Shown here in pieces: positions 10,861-21,615 of a DNA stretch of 64,000 nucleotides (the first letter of the stretch is position 1; each line of letters begins with the position of its first letter). This stretch comes from Giardia intestinalis (lineage: Eukaryota), in assembly GCA_000002435.2 (NCBI GenBank), contig CM018792.1; one strand, written 5' to 3'. Made by a program: the position numbers and the translations under genes. Below the pieces are notes generated by a model that ran no database searches, was not told where the DNA came from, and worked only from the letters and a program-made list of their open reading frames with translations.

Positions 10861-10925
10861 TATTTTTGAAGAGGTTGTAATTTTGATAAATATGTAGTGT
10901 GGCTTCCATCTCTGCTTCCTATAAT

Positions 10926-13900
10926 TTACACACTGAGAATCTTTCGCGCATGATGGACATACTCCCATTTCCTGTCGTGCTGAGCTGTGCGGTTTAATGT
11001 GACGAGAAGTTCTGGGGTCATATGAAGACCATCGGTTTTAGATTTGAGTGTAACGGACACGCTAATCTTAGCGTTGGGGCTTAAAGTGTATGCGCGGCAG
11101 AGCTGTGTCTTGTCTGATACTATTTCCAACGGGGGCACATTTGCTAAGCTACGATCCGGCGGTGGTTCGGCAAAGCGGATTGTCATTGTATAGCTATCAG
11201 AGTCGCGCACGGAAATCTCGCACATATATTCAAATGCAGTGCCTACATGACACTTCGCCTCCGTTTTGTCTATGATCACGAGAAAAGGGCAGTTGATAGT
11301 CGGATGCATATCCACCACCGGTATTTCGTGACAAACAACGCCCGTGCAAAGCAAGGGCCCCGTTGTCTCAGTGCTTGTCACGTATGCTTCAAATGGAGTT
11401 CCTTGGAGCTTGCGGGGAATGTATGGAGCAGCCGACCGGTATTTAATGCAACATAACGGTAGGTCCTCCAGCTTGGATGAGCCGTGTTCCCGTACAATGA
11501 AACGGGTCTTGAGGTTGAATAGGCCCGTTATAGATGAGCCAGGGTTATAGCAATTAACATTGCTTTTCACCACCAGACTCAGCTTGCCGCCTGAAGCTAT
11601 TTTGACCTGCTGTAGTGCCGATGGGCTCAGGATTTCACCTGTGGGCATGTTGGTCAATGACACCCCCTCAGTGACGATGTCATTGTGAGTTCTGTTAGTT
11701 AGTTCAACTTTTGTCCACTGGGATAGAACTAGCGGGCGTAGCATGCTTCCATTGCTAAAGACAGATAATGTCTGTAAAGGATCTGTTTTAACGACAAACT
11801 CTACCGGCCGATGTAGAACTATAGTGCAAATATTGTTTGATTCTTGGGGCGCTGTCTCAAAGACTTGATCCTTAGTCGACCCCCGATGTGGAGAAAGAGA
11901 CACCTTCTTTGATCCTAATTGCAAGGTGAATTTGAATGTCAAGTGACAGAGGTCACTAGCACAAACAATAAAGGGAATGAATGTTATATCTGAGTTGTTA
12001 GAATAAGAGGTTAGGCCACCAATGCTAATAGTGTTGGAAGACCCCAGAGTAAGAGGAGACGGACGCCCATCAAAGTACGTATAGACGCTAGAGGTGATGG
12101 GTGCATTCCTTGTGTAATGAGGGTTAACATCAGGCTCTGGTAGTGTGTCATTTGAGCATGTGTAAGTAGCAATAAGGGAAACGGGAGGGACAGACACCGC
12201 CGCCTTTAGATATAGATACAAAATAAATGGCTTTCCGGCATACACGTCAGGGGAGCTAAGACAATATCCGCTCTCTACCATTTGGAGCGGGTCCCGGATA
12301 TGAGCACACAGGTTTTCAGAGCACTTTAAAAGACAGTAGGTGTTCTTATGAATAGCTTCTGCCGTGTTTTCCTTGTATCTCCTCAAGTAGAATTTCACTG
12401 ATGAGAATCGTGACTCGCGCGCTTGCAGAGTAATCAGATCGCTATAATCGATTATCTGGCTGCTGGTGTTTTTAAAGTCGACAGCCTCTGTGCTTGCCTT
12501 TTGCCATATATAGCTCATTTTAAGTGTGCGTATAGCGAGCGTTTCATCGGTATATTGCTGAGTGATCACATGTTTATGAAGGACAATCCTGGATACCCGT
12601 TGTTGCGCCAAAAGCAGGATCTTTGGTTTGAGAATTGTCTGCACGACAAATGTCTGCCCCAGCTTATCAGAGAGAGATCCATTAATTAGTACATGAAGCT
12701 GTATGTCCAGTTGAGCCGAGATTTCAAGTATGGGACCTGGGAGTGTCAGTTCTGCAGCAAGAGTGGCAGACTCTCCTATAGAAAAAGAGGGCTGGTTCCA
12801 TGCCAGCTGAGATATTACTATGGGGTATGCAAACGAGTTAGATGCGATTGGCGTGGAGAGTGCTGCAGCTTGCGTGATAATACCATTAAGTAGTTTTTTC
12901 AGTATCTCCCTGTCGGTGCTATCAAGCTGTACACCCGCCTCCTGCATCTCCTCATGTTTCAATAATTTCATGATGAAAAAGTTCGGAGAATAAGACGCCT
13001 TCATGGCTCGTCCTTCAAGGCATGCTAACGCCATTGAGTAAGAATCAAACGACTCCAACAGAAGGCTAAGGAACTCACTGCCAGATAGCTTCAGCTCGGA
13101 GGGTATGGTATCATTCAAACCGAACAGAAAGCCGAGTCTGCGCGTCAGCTGCCGCCGCAAGAGGTCCATGTCGCAAGAGTTGAGCGTCTTATAAACGGTA
13201 GCAGGATTTATCAGCTCTTTTCGTGTGTCTGCTAAAAGGACAGAAACGTCCTTCTTCAATAGAGAAGAGGAGGAAACACTCAAAAAGCGAGGAACATTCG
13301 TGGTGAGCTGCGCATAGATTAAGTAGGATAGCAGCTTTATGGATGCCACCGAAGATTTTGTGCTAGTGGACATAGAAGCGTAATAAGAAATAAGCCTTTC
13401 TGAGGCATCGAGCTTGCCTTGCTTTGAAGACGCGTGATCAAAGACAGCGCGAATGATCCGCTCAATAAGCACCGTGAAGAAGCCGTATAGTGTATCAGTG
13501 ACTATACCGTCTGTTGTTTTCGAGGCGAAAAATCCCTGGAGGGCACTGTATATCTTAGTGGGTTCGCGAACAAGCTGATCCTCAAAGGAGTATGCTACGG
13601 CGGGGAACCCAATAAATGCTGAGACGGGTTGCTGTCCATGAGGTAGTGTTCGCAACCTCTTACCTAAGATGTCCAGAGAACGCAGAAGGTCAGAGTATAT
13701 CGGGAAAAAGCATGCTGTATATGCGACAGGTGTCACATAGGAAAAGTACGTCCCAAGACAGCGGAATGCCTCTGGAGATCGACGGTGCCAGTAGAAAGTT
13801 GTCAGAAGTCTTTGGGACACTATAGACTGGGAGCTTCCGCTTTGAGGAAAGATGTAACCAAGCTTGCTTGCCTCCGAGACGGTAGCCTTTAACGCATGTC

Positions 13901-15584
13901 CCAACAAAGCTGTATCATCTTCAGAAAGGTCTGCGGGGAAAATGTTTCCCAAGACGGAAAGCAAAGATGTAGCTTTGAAAAGCTCTCTATGCAGCGAGGA
14001 GTTCTGCTCTGTAGTCTGGACGGAGTTACACGGTAAGGTGATAGAATCAACGTCAGAGAGGGCCAGGCTGACTAGACGGATTGCTTCACAAACTAGGCCA
14101 ATCTGACTCACATTAACAAGTATTTGGTGCATGATTGATCCTAGGCCTAACTGAGAGCCAAAAGTAAACGGCTGATGTTCAGAATATTTCATGGCAAGTA
14201 ACTCTAGAAGCGCGTGGATTGTAGCCAACAAAATTAGAGCGGTAGGGACATTAGAATCGAATGCTAAGCGATACATGTTAAATAGAAGAGGAGTGGTTGT
14301 CAGAGGAGCTGCTACATCCTCTACTGCATCAACCAAGATCGGTGTGTGAGGAATGCTTTGCCTATTGTAGCTGTATAATTCAACGTTGGGGTACAGGAAG
14401 TCTTGGGAAATGCTAGGCTGATCGGCCTCTGCAAACAAAGGTGCGTCCTTGCCCTGCTTAGCGGCAGTCACTATTTTACTTAGAGTCTGGCTAAGTGGCA
14501 GTACTTTCGTCTCTCCATACAGTCGAAGGTACGCAGTAAGAAGCATTATCACCTCAACAGTTGGGCCTATAAGTTCGTAATGGTGGCATAAGCGAATTAT
14601 AGCTGCCTCATAGCAACAGACAATCGTCGATGCCAGCCCTGCAGGAGTATGAAGAGTGGCTTCTGCAGCTGCTGCACTATCAGTGTTGAGGATTGCAGCG
14701 AGATAGGCTGTGTGCGTAGCCATCAGCTTGTAACGGGTACAGATGTCGGAGGCTGCTTGGATTGTAGGGGCATCCTGATCGCAGAAGGAGGCTATGCTCA
14801 AAAGAAATGCTCTGCGTACAATAGCCATGAGACATACTCGACTTCTGTGCTTTAACGATGCACTAGCATGAACCTGCACAAAGCGATCTGGCAATGTATG
14901 GACCTGATTGGCTAAATCAATGAAGAAGGCACGACCCATGGACAAGATGCTCAATAGAAGCTTCTGGCCATCGACCTGTGCTGTCGCCAGATTAGTAAAG
15001 GAGCTAGTTGGAAGACGCGTTGCAGACACAAGATTGGCTAAGAAGTCTTTTACAACAATGGCAGGTTGTGTTTGTGTCGCAGACCCCACGGGTGGCCGAG
15101 ATCCTACAACAGGTGCTAAAACAATATGCAAAGGAACGGCCCCAAGGGGTGCCATTGTGTTCATCAGGGCTTGAATTCCCACCACAATAGAAGAGTAGTA
15201 TGCATGCAAAACGGCAGCTGGATCATCGGCTGGATACTCAATAAGATAAATAGCTCCAACAGGGATGCTCTTCATTGCTGTAATGGCGCTGGGGGTAATG
15301 ATGCCAAAAGCGGAGCTGCCCTTCGACTCCGAGGCAGAAGACAATAGGACTTGAAGATCGTGTCCGGAGCCACTATATGTAGGGAGCTGATCAACAGACT
15401 TATAAGATATTACCTGAAATGGTCCGACCTGAGGAGTAGAACTGGACTCTGCTTGTGGTTGAGGATGACCCTTAGCCCAGATCTGATTAAGTAGTTCCGC
15501 AAGGCTCTTGTGCGACTCTAGATGGTTTATCATTACAAGCACTGGAGCTACCGGACTCAGGTCTGGAAAGCGCACAAGGGTCAT
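10926..15584 (-). CDS. Large hypothetical protein, 1552 aa
   Basis: Uninterrupted 4.6-kb ORF with a true ATG (cat 15582-15584) and an AT-rich initiator. No domain recognised. Confidence 0.7.
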   Translation of the reverse strand: MTLVRFPDLSPVAPVLVMINHLESHKSLAELLNQIWAKGHPQPQAESSSTPQVGPFQVISYKSVDQLPTYSGSGHDLQVLLSSASESKGSSAFGIITPSAITAMKSIPVGAIYLIEYPADDPAAVLHAYYSSIVVGIQALMNTMAPLGAVPLHIVLAPVVGSRPPVGSATQTQPAIVVKDFLANLVSATRLPTSSFTNLATAQVDGQKLLLSILSMGRAFFIDLANQVHTLPDRFVQVHASASLKHRSRVCLMAIVRRAFLLSIASFCDQDAPTIQAASDICTRYKLMATHTAYLAAILNTDSAAAAEATLHTPAGLASTIVCCYEAAIIRLCHHYELIGPTVEVIMLLTAYLRLYGETKVLPLSQTLSKIVTAAKQGKDAPLFAEADQPSISQDFLYPNVELYSYNRQSIPHTPILVDAVEDVAAPLTTTPLLFNMYRLAFDSNVPTALILLATIHALLELLAMKYSEHQPFTFGSQLGLGSIMHQILVNVSQIGLVCEAIRLVSLALSDVDSITLPCNSVQTTEQNSSLHRELFKATSLLSVLGNIFPADLSEDDTALLGHALKATVSEASKLGYIFPQSGSSQSIVSQRLLTTFYWHRRSPEAFRCLGTYFSYVTPVAYTACFFPIYSDLLRSLDILGKRLRTLPHGQQPVSAFIGFPAVAYSFEDQLVREPTKIYSALQGFFASKTTDGIVTDTLYGFFTVLIERIIRAVFDHASSKQGKLDASERLISYYASMSTSTKSSVASIKLLSYLIYAQLTTNVPRFLSVSSSSLLKKDVSVLLADTRKELINPATVYKTLNSCDMDLLRRQLTRRLGFLFGLNDTIPSELKLSGSEFLSLLLESFDSYSMALACLEGRAMKASYSPNFFIMKLLKHEEMQEAGVQLDSTDREILKKLLNGIITQAAALSTPIASNSFAYPIVISQLAWNQPSFSIGESATLAAELTLPGPILEISAQLDIQLHVLINGSLSDKLGQTFVVQTILKPKILLLAQQRVSRIVLHKHVITQQYTDETLAIRTLKMSYIWQKASTEAVDFKNTSSQIIDYSDLITLQARESRFSSVKFYLRRYKENTAEAIHKNTYCLLKCSENLCAHIRDPLQMVESGYCLSSPDVYAGKPFILYLYLKAAVSVPPVSLIATYTCSNDTLPEPDVNPHYTRNAPITSSVYTYFDGRPSPLTLGSSNTISIGGLTSYSNNSDITFIPFIVCASDLCHLTFKFTLQLGSKKVSLSPHRGSTKDQVFETAPQESNNICTIVLHRPVEFVVKTDPLQTLSVFSNGSMLRPLVLSQWTKVELTNRTHNDIVTEGVSLTNMPTGEILSPSALQQVKIASGGKLSLVVKSNVNCYNPGSSITGLFNLKTRFIVREHGSSKLEDLPLCCIKYRSAAPYIPRKLQGTPFEAYVTSTETTGPLLCTGVVCHEIPVVDMHPTINCPFLVIIDKTEAKCHVGTAFEYMCEISVRDSDSYTMTIRFAEPPPDRSLANVPPLEIVSDKTQLCRAYTLSPNAKISVSVTLKSKTDGLHMTPELLVTLNRTAQHDRKWEYVHHARKILSV

Positions 15585-15603
15585 TTGATATTTTTACTTC
15601 GTT

Positions 15604-16632
15604 TTAATTGGTGTACAGACTCTGGAAAGTGAAGTCCACCAACTCAAGGAGCTCATAGTCCTCCTTGCCTGGCACTAAACCACACTGTGGCCAGATTTCA
15701 TTCGCCAATTTACGAAGTACGGCGTGACCTAGGCGTGTCCTATTCTTCGTGTATACATCGATCCCATCTACTCCGGACGACCATGCAGCCCAGAACAGAC
15801 ATGCAAGTGGGACAAAGAAGAGGCAAAGCGAGTCTATGAGCAAATTTGAGTTTCCAAAGTAGTGTCTATAGAAATCTTGTCGCTTTGACGCACAAGGAAA
15901 CGCAGAGATTTCACAATCAATCCCTGTAAACTCCAGGAAGAAACAGGCGATATCGAACGCATTTATGCTGTATGTCGAATACTCCCAATCGATAAATCTA
16001 ACCTCTTGTGTCGACGGACAATAGATTATATTTCCAGAGTGCAAGTCGTTGTGTGAAATGCATGTCCAGAGTAGGGAAGGGTGGTTGTTGACCAATTGGC
16101 CCAATACCCCATCTTCCGAGTAAAGCTTGTAGAGGACCTCTGCTTCTCTTCCCTTTCCCATGTAGTCTACCGAGATATCAAGCAAGGATTTTAGCCCGTA
16201 GTGACTCTCAAGGTGCATGGCACTAGCACCATCGTCCTGCACTGATATCTCATGGAGACGCCTCATCTGTCTTGCAATAAGCTCATAGTAAGGGCTGTCT
16301 CCGAGCATCTTGTCCGACTCTATGCAGTGGCCTTCTATGCATGCCGTCACTATTCCATCTGCGAAAAGGTAAGCCTGTGACGTGGCTACGCTCCTTCCCA
16401 CAACATGCGATAAGATCTTCCTTTCAACGCTATAATTCTGGAAGCGAGACTGTCGCGTAAACCGCACTATGTACGCTGACCCTGAGTGTACGTCTTCGAT
16501 GATATGAACCTCATTAGAACAGCCCTCAAGAGTCCTACAATAGCAGTATTGCGAGCCAAGCTCCCTCTCTAATATTCCTAGGGCCTCAGTAACATTCCTC
16601 CCAAGAGCAATATCATCCTTGAACACTGCCAT
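15604..16632 (-). CDS. Choline/ethanolamine kinase-like phosphotransferase
   Basis: Brenner phosphotransferase motif 'ISHNDLHSGNIIY' and choline-kinase motif 'IDWEYSTYSINAFDIACFFLEF' (cf. IDFEYSSYN...D.GNHF). Confidence 0.65.
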   Translation of the reverse strand: MAVFKDDIALGRNVTEALGILERELGSQYCYCRTLEGCSNEVHIIEDVHSGSAYIVRFTRQSRFQNYSVERKILSHVVGRSVATSQAYLFADGIVTACIEGHCIESDKMLGDSPYYELIARQMRRLHEISVQDDGASAMHLESHYGLKSLLDISVDYMGKGREAEVLYKLYSEDGVLGQLVNNHPSLLWTCISHNDLHSGNIIYCPSTQEVRFIDWEYSTYSINAFDIACFFLEFTGIDCEISAFPCASKRQDFYRHYFGNSNLLIDSLCLFFVPLACLFWAAWSSGVDGIDVYTKNRTRLGHAVLRKLANEIWPQCGLVPGKEDYELLELVDFTFQSLYTN

Positions 16633-16653
16633 TTTTCTTCGAGTAGTGTCGAT

Positions 16654-17787
16654 TTACTGAGTGTCCAAAGTGTCTTTTGACTTCTCTATCTCTTCAGCTA
16701 AGTGCTCTTCTACCAGAAGCTCCTCTGCTTGTTCATGGGGCAGCCCATGTTCGGGGTCTGCAGGGCAGCAGCTTGTCTGTGCGTTGACTGCGATAGAGTG
16801 TGCTTCGGGTACATCAGCTTTCACGCCACTAGTGTCCTCATTAGATAGCTGTGCCTTTGATTGAATCTCCATATTTCTGGCCTCCATGTCAATCTTTTCC
16901 CAGAGCTCTCCTTCTCCTATGACCACTCGGGGAAGCGGGTCATACACTGTTAAAGGAGACTTGGATGCGGCCAGATATCTTCTACGAACAGATAAAAACT
17001 CGGCCCGTGCAGCCATGAATGGAGGTGTGTAAGTCTTGAAGTCCTCGAGAAGACGTTTGACTTGCTCAGCCATGATGGCAACAGAGTTCTCCTTAAGGTG
17101 CTTCTGCACGCTCTCCATGTAGGTGTTACGGCGCTCCAGTACGCGCGTGATTTTCTCGGACTCCCGCTTCTGTGTGTGCAATTTGGACTCGACAGATGAA
17201 CGCTCAGCTTCCAACTTCTGCTTAAGCTCAGCAAGAACATGTTTGGAGGCCGATATCTTAGTGAGCTTTTCGCTGTGACTGGCTTTGGCTGCTTCGATAT
17301 CAGATGCCCTGCTGTCTAGAAGCAGCTTCTTTTCATCAATCTCCTTTTGATGGGCCTCTAGCGTTGTCTTAAACTCTCTGGCCTTTGCAATTCTCTCGTC
17401 CAGAGTTGCAATGCGTTGAGTGTATGTCTCTTGGACAGCTGCTGTACGGTCCTCAATGGGTACATCCTTGAGCTTCTTAAGCTCTTCGTCCAGACGCTTA
17501 TTGATGTCGTCCAGATCTGCGTGGTGCTTGTTCAGCTTCATCTGCTTCTCCACAAACGTGATGGCGAAGTCTGGAATGGCAGCAAGCTGCTGCTCTTGTG
17601 CTGCAATAGCCTTCCGCATCTTCTCGACTTCCTTCTCTTTCATGACCACGTTTCGCTCCAGTTCGTTGATGTAACGCGCGTGCTCCTTGCGCGCTATGTG
17701 CTGAGGCTTCTTTACCTTCTGCATTGTAGCTGCGACAAGGAAGAAGAGTTCCTTTTTTGAGCGAGAATTTACTTGCGCAGGCCTCAT
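16654..17787 (-). CDS. Coiled-coil protein, hypothetical
   Basis: 377-aa ORF rich in heptad-like K/E/L segments. The ATG at 17787-17785 overlaps the stop codon of the upstream leucine-rich-repeat gene as ATGA. An alternative ATG lies at 17724. Confidence 0.6.
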   Translation of the reverse strand: MRPAQVNSRSKKELFFLVAATMQKVKKPQHIARKEHARYINELERNVVMKEKEVEKMRKAIAAQEQQLAAIPDFAITFVEKQMKLNKHHADLDDINKRLDEELKKLKDVPIEDRTAAVQETYTQRIATLDERIAKAREFKTTLEAHQKEIDEKKLLLDSRASDIEAAKASHSEKLTKISASKHVLAELKQKLEAERSSVESKLHTQKRESEKITRVLERRNTYMESVQKHLKENSVAIMAEQVKRLLEDFKTYTPPFMAARAEFLSVRRRYLAASKSPLTVYDPLPRVVIGEGELWEKIDMEARNMEIQSKAQLSNEDTSGVKADVPEAHSIAVNAQTSCCPADPEHGLPHEQAEELLVEEHLAEEIEKSKDTLDTQ

Positions 17788-19565
17788 TTCTTGGCAGCCA
17801 CTTGCTTGTTATACCATTCCACAATCCATTGTTCTTCTGTTTGAACAAACTCGTTTATATCGAGCACATGCTGTCTGTTTCTTGCGGCCTCTCCTGCATG
17901 TAGGATCCGCGTTGTGTTACTGAGGAATTCCTTTTGGGAGGCAATGAGACTATCTTCACGCTGATCCACTGCTGACATGCGAGACTCATGGGCAGCGACA
18001 GCGGCACCTATAACAGAGCCCTTGTCTTTTAGCAACGCATGGACCTCGGGGGTGATGTCCGTCGGAAGTAAATTTTGTACATCTGCAAGGCTGGTTGGAG
18101 CGAAGAACATCCCTCCTATTCCAGTGCCGCCGCCCTGGGCTGTGTCTCCTCCATCCGCAATATTTCCAGATCCTAGGTCCACTTGGCGGCTTATGTCGCC
18201 CCCTGCTAGCCCTGCTTCTCGAGCAAGCTTCAGTTCCATCGCCTTGTTGAGCAAGCTAAGACAGCTTTCGTGAAGTTGGAGGACATTTTCGCGAACCTTA
18301 GTAAACGCGGACTGGGCCTGCTCAGATGTTTTGTTAACTAGCGAAGTAAGGTTGGCTATTACCTGGTCAACTATTTCTGTTATGTCCGCTGTAGTGCTTG
18401 ATTCTATTTTCAGAAGCTTCACGCGCAGGGGAGGAAGCAAAGCCTGTACCCCATTTCGGGCCTCCGTTGCATAGTGAACACTGTTCTTTGGATTCTTGGC
18501 TATTTGTTCCTCACACAGGTCCAAGTAATCGTCCCGCTGGTATATGTATGCTTGAATGGCCTGCTGCAGATTTGAGCGCCCCTGCTCAGAAAGCACTCCA
18601 TACGCCTCCTCAAACTCAGCCAGCTCCCCCAACTTGAGGATGCGACGGCGGCGCATAAGGCGAGCCAGATCTTTGAGAATCGCAGACGTCACAAGCCTGA
18701 ATTTTCCATGGCATTCTAGCTTTACAGCAGGTATCACGCATATGCGTTCAGTAACAGGTGTCTCTAAGAACTCTCTGTCGACAAGAGTTGCCAGGCCTAG
18801 GGCGTCGGCAGCACAGTCGATACGGATCTGACGAGCCTTTTGTAGTGCCTTTGTCCGAGCCTGCGTTTCAACGGTGTCTTTCTCTTCTAAGCTGATGAGG
18901 TCCATCTTGAAGACCTCATGCGCTGACGCCTTATCACTCTCTCGGATAACTTTGTGATCAAAATATCTCAAACTCTTTAAATAGGCGATGACATGAAGCC
19001 GATAGTTAGTCTGTTTGACAAGAGGGTTGTTTTCTAGAGACAAAACCTTGAGGTCCTTGAATTCTCTAAGCAGCAGGATCGTTGCGTGTAGATTGCTGAT
19101 GTTGTTTGAGCTCAGATTAATCAGCTGAATCTTGTGGTAGTTCTCTGGTATCCCTGTCAAACCTCTGATCGTTGCATTGAGCTCTGTCAGACCATCTATG
19201 TTACCAATCTTGTTGTTGTTCAGCGCCAAATCAGTGAGCCTGTGGAGGTGGCCAATGCCTTCGATGCTGGTTAGCTTGTTAAAAGATAGGTCCAGAGACT
19301 CCAGATTGATTAGATTATCGAGGCCGGAGATCTTCTCGATCGCATTGTTTGAGAGATTAAGGCGCGTCAACGAACGGAAGTCGCTCAGGTTAGAGATAAG
19401 ACAGATCATGCGGTACGAAAGCGTGAGGGTACGTATGCTGGAAAAGTCTTCAAGAGACCACTCCCTCTTGTCTTCCTCTGTTCGCAGGGAATCAAGTATA
19501 ACATCGTTGGTTATGATGTTATAGTCCTTGGCAGCTCCGGGGAGACGCGAGACGTCGCTTGCCAT
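17784..19565 (-). CDS. Leucine-rich-repeat (SDS22-like LRR) protein with C-terminal coiled coil
   Basis: LRRs 'LNLSNNAIEKISGLDNLINLESLDLSFNKLTSIEGIGHLHRLTDLALNNNKIGNIDGL'. The track ORF opens on TTG (19616-19614 = caa). The first ATG is at 19565 (MASDVSRL...). Confidence 0.7.
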   Translation of the reverse strand: MASDVSRLPGAAKDYNIITNDVILDSLRTEEDKREWSLEDFSSIRTLTLSYRMICLISNLSDFRSLTRLNLSNNAIEKISGLDNLINLESLDLSFNKLTSIEGIGHLHRLTDLALNNNKIGNIDGLTELNATIRGLTGIPENYHKIQLINLSSNNISNLHATILLLREFKDLKVLSLENNPLVKQTNYRLHVIAYLKSLRYFDHKVIRESDKASAHEVFKMDLISLEEKDTVETQARTKALQKARQIRIDCAADALGLATLVDREFLETPVTERICVIPAVKLECHGKFRLVTSAILKDLARLMRRRRILKLGELAEFEEAYGVLSEQGRSNLQQAIQAYIYQRDDYLDLCEEQIAKNPKNSVHYATEARNGVQALLPPLRVKLLKIESSTTADITEIVDQVIANLTSLVNKTSEQAQSAFTKVRENVLQLHESCLSLLNKAMELKLAREAGLAGGDISRQVDLGSGNIADGGDTAQGGGTGIGGMFFAPTSLADVQNLLPTDITPEVHALLKDKGSVIGAAVAAHESRMSAVDQREDSLIASQKEFLSNTTRILHAGEAARNRQHVLDINEFVQTEEQWIVEWYNKQVAAKK

Positions 19566-19683
19566 AACAAGGCCCTGAAAATCGGAAAGGAATTTTTGGT
19601 GTGGTATCTCCTCCAATTTACAGAAAGATATGGCAGAGTACTAAGAGCGCCACTAACAAGGAGAACGATCAAGGATCTGATGA

Positions 19684-21615
19684 CTATCCCTTGAGCTTGA
19701 GGCCTTTGAAAACTATCTGGCCAATCTCCTTATAGATTGCACCGTCACCGCTTATCCTACGCATCAGGATTCCAAGTTGAGGCGAAATTGCACTGCCAAT
19801 CCTGTAAATATCAATACTAAACTGAACGTTCATGCGTTCGCACTTGAATGACCCTTCACGTTCTGAGTCTGCTTTAATTCTAAGCTCCTTAAAGACCTGT
19901 TTGAGCCTGACAACGAGATCTTCATACTGGACAGTAGTAACTACACCGTTCTCCTTTGTAATGTCGTCTTTGCATATGCGTAGCCCACCGTCGTCGTACT
20001 CCACCGTCATCTCTGGGGCCTCGCTGGAGGTTTTGACTGTCGGGGTATCCACAAGCTTTTCTGTCTTATGGTTACGGGTCGTGACAGCACCACCACCTGC
20101 AACAGGGCCTGCAGGGAGGTTGAGACCGAGACCTAGTCCGGGTATCTTGGCTTGGCCGACAGGTATGACTGGGACGGTCGCAGCCAGCTCTGCGGTTTCG
20201 CGCTTGAGCTCCACATCCTTCTCATTGATCTTCATCGTGACTTTCTCTTGACTACCCCTATCCGAGGCGGGGTCCTGTGCAACAGCGTCCTTTGTGCTGG
20301 CATCGGAAGTATTAGAGTGCAAGTGCTTCCCTACCTTGTCGCCAGAAACCTCGAGCTTGAGCTTTCCAATGGTAACCATGGTATTGTTCTCGGCATGCAA
20401 GATGTTGTTCTCAGAATCTATCTCTATTCCTATCTCCTCACAGATCTTCTTCTTCACTTCCAAGTTATCAAAGTCTGCCTTTTCGTAGCCATTTATTCCT
20501 ATGATGGCAGCCATAGACATCTTCGGGTTGCTTTTCTTGGTAGCCTCTGCCTTCTCAGCCAAGAGTGTGTAGGTGGCGGTCGATGCGTTGTGCTTTCCAA
20601 GGAATAGCCCACGGATGCACTCCACGGCATCCAGATTCATCCTGTGCATCTGCAGCAGGATCCCAAAATTCAAGTCGGAGGATATCTCTGGCAGCTCGGT
20701 CAGAATGGGCTCACTTCGACCGTCATGATTGAGAGCCCAGTTCTTCTGAATCCATGGATAAGTAATTAACTCTTCAATGGTTACGCGATCGTCCGGGTTG
20801 ACAGTGAGAAGAGCCTTCAGCACGTCCTTGGCTCCCTGGCTAAGATAACTTGGCGTGGAAAACTCTCCTGACAAGATCTTGATATACAAGCTCTGGGTTG
20901 TGCTGCCCTCAAACGGCAGGCAGCCACAGAGCATCGCATAGAGAATTATACCAGTGCTCCAGAGATCTGCGGAGGGGCCACTATACAGCTTGCCCTGAAT
21001 CATCTCAGGGGGAGCGTAAGCAGGAGAGCCGCAGCAAGTCTTCATAAAGGTGTCATGAAATATGTTCGACAGGCCGAAATCGATAATCTTAATGTCGTTA
21101 TTCGCAGTAAGAAGTAGGTTTTCGGGCTTAAGATCGCGGTGAACAATGCGCCTGGAGTGGAGAAAATGTAGTCCGTTCAGAAGCTGGCAAAGGAAACGGC
21201 AGGCCTCCTTCTCGGACAGGCGGCCCTTTGCTACGATATAATCGAAAAGCTCTCCGTTGTTCATGTATTCCTGGACGATATACACATGCCTGGGGGTGTC
21301 GACGATCTCATAAAGCTTGATTACGTTGGGGTGGTTAAGAAGTTTCAGAATTTGGATTTCACGCGTGATGCGCTCTATGTCGGCGGCCTCTGTTATCTTC
21401 GACTTTTCGATTATCTTGAGAGCAATACGCTCGTTAGTCAGTACGTGAGTCCCTAGACGCACCTTTGAGAATGACCCTTCGCCTATCGTCTTGCCAATTA
21501 TATAGTTCCCCACCCGCTTGACACGGATCTTCTTTGTGTCCTGATCTTCCCTGGAGGCATCTGGAGGGCAGGCATCGTCGACGGCCCTATCGGCGACCTT
21601 GTCGGTCTTCGGCAT
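19684..21615 (-). CDS. CAMK-like (AMPK/MARK-related) Ser/Thr protein kinase with KA1-like C-terminus
   Basis: Gly-loop GEGSFSKV, catalytic HRDLKPENLLL, DFGLS, APE. The track ORF start at 21744 is GTG and runs into the tRNA. The real ATG is at 21615 (MPKTDKV..., context ttttaaaATG). Confidence 0.85.
   Translation of the reverse strand: MPKTDKVADRAVDDACPPDASREDQDTKKIRVKRVGNYIIGKTIGEGSFSKVRLGTHVLTNERIALKIIEKSKITEAADIERITREIQILKLLNHPNVIKLYEIVDTPRHVYIVQEYMNNGELFDYIVAKGRLSEKEACRFLCQLLNGLHFLHSRRIVHRDLKPENLLLTANNDIKIIDFGLSNIFHDTFMKTCCGSPAYAPPEMIQGKLYSGPSADLWSTGIILYAMLCGCLPFEGSTTQSLYIKILSGEFSTPSYLSQGAKDVLKALLTVNPDDRVTIEELITYPWIQKNWALNHDGRSEPILTELPEISSDLNFGILLQMHRMNLDAVECIRGLFLGKHNASTATYTLLAEKAEATKKSNPKMSMAAIIGINGYEKADFDNLEVKKKICEEIGIEIDSENNILHAENNTMVTIGKLKLEVSGDKVGKHLHSNTSDASTKDAVAQDPASDRGSQEKVTMKINEKDVELKRETAELAATVPVIPVGQAKIPGLGLGLNLPAGPVAGGGAVTTRNHKTEKLVDTPTVKTSSEAPEMTVEYDDGGLRICKDDITKENGVVTTVQYEDLVVRLKQVFKELRIKADSEREGSFKCERMNVQFSIDIYRIGSAISPQLGILMRRISGDGAIYKEIGQIVFKGLKLKG

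Noticed and set aside
10861-10968. Upstream ATG (10968) for the ankyrin gene, giving a 540-aa product
   Set aside because: It would overlap the last 14 codons of the neighbouring 1552-aa gene. The internal ATG at 10860, with an AT-rich context, is more consistent with Giardia gene organisation. Not excluded.
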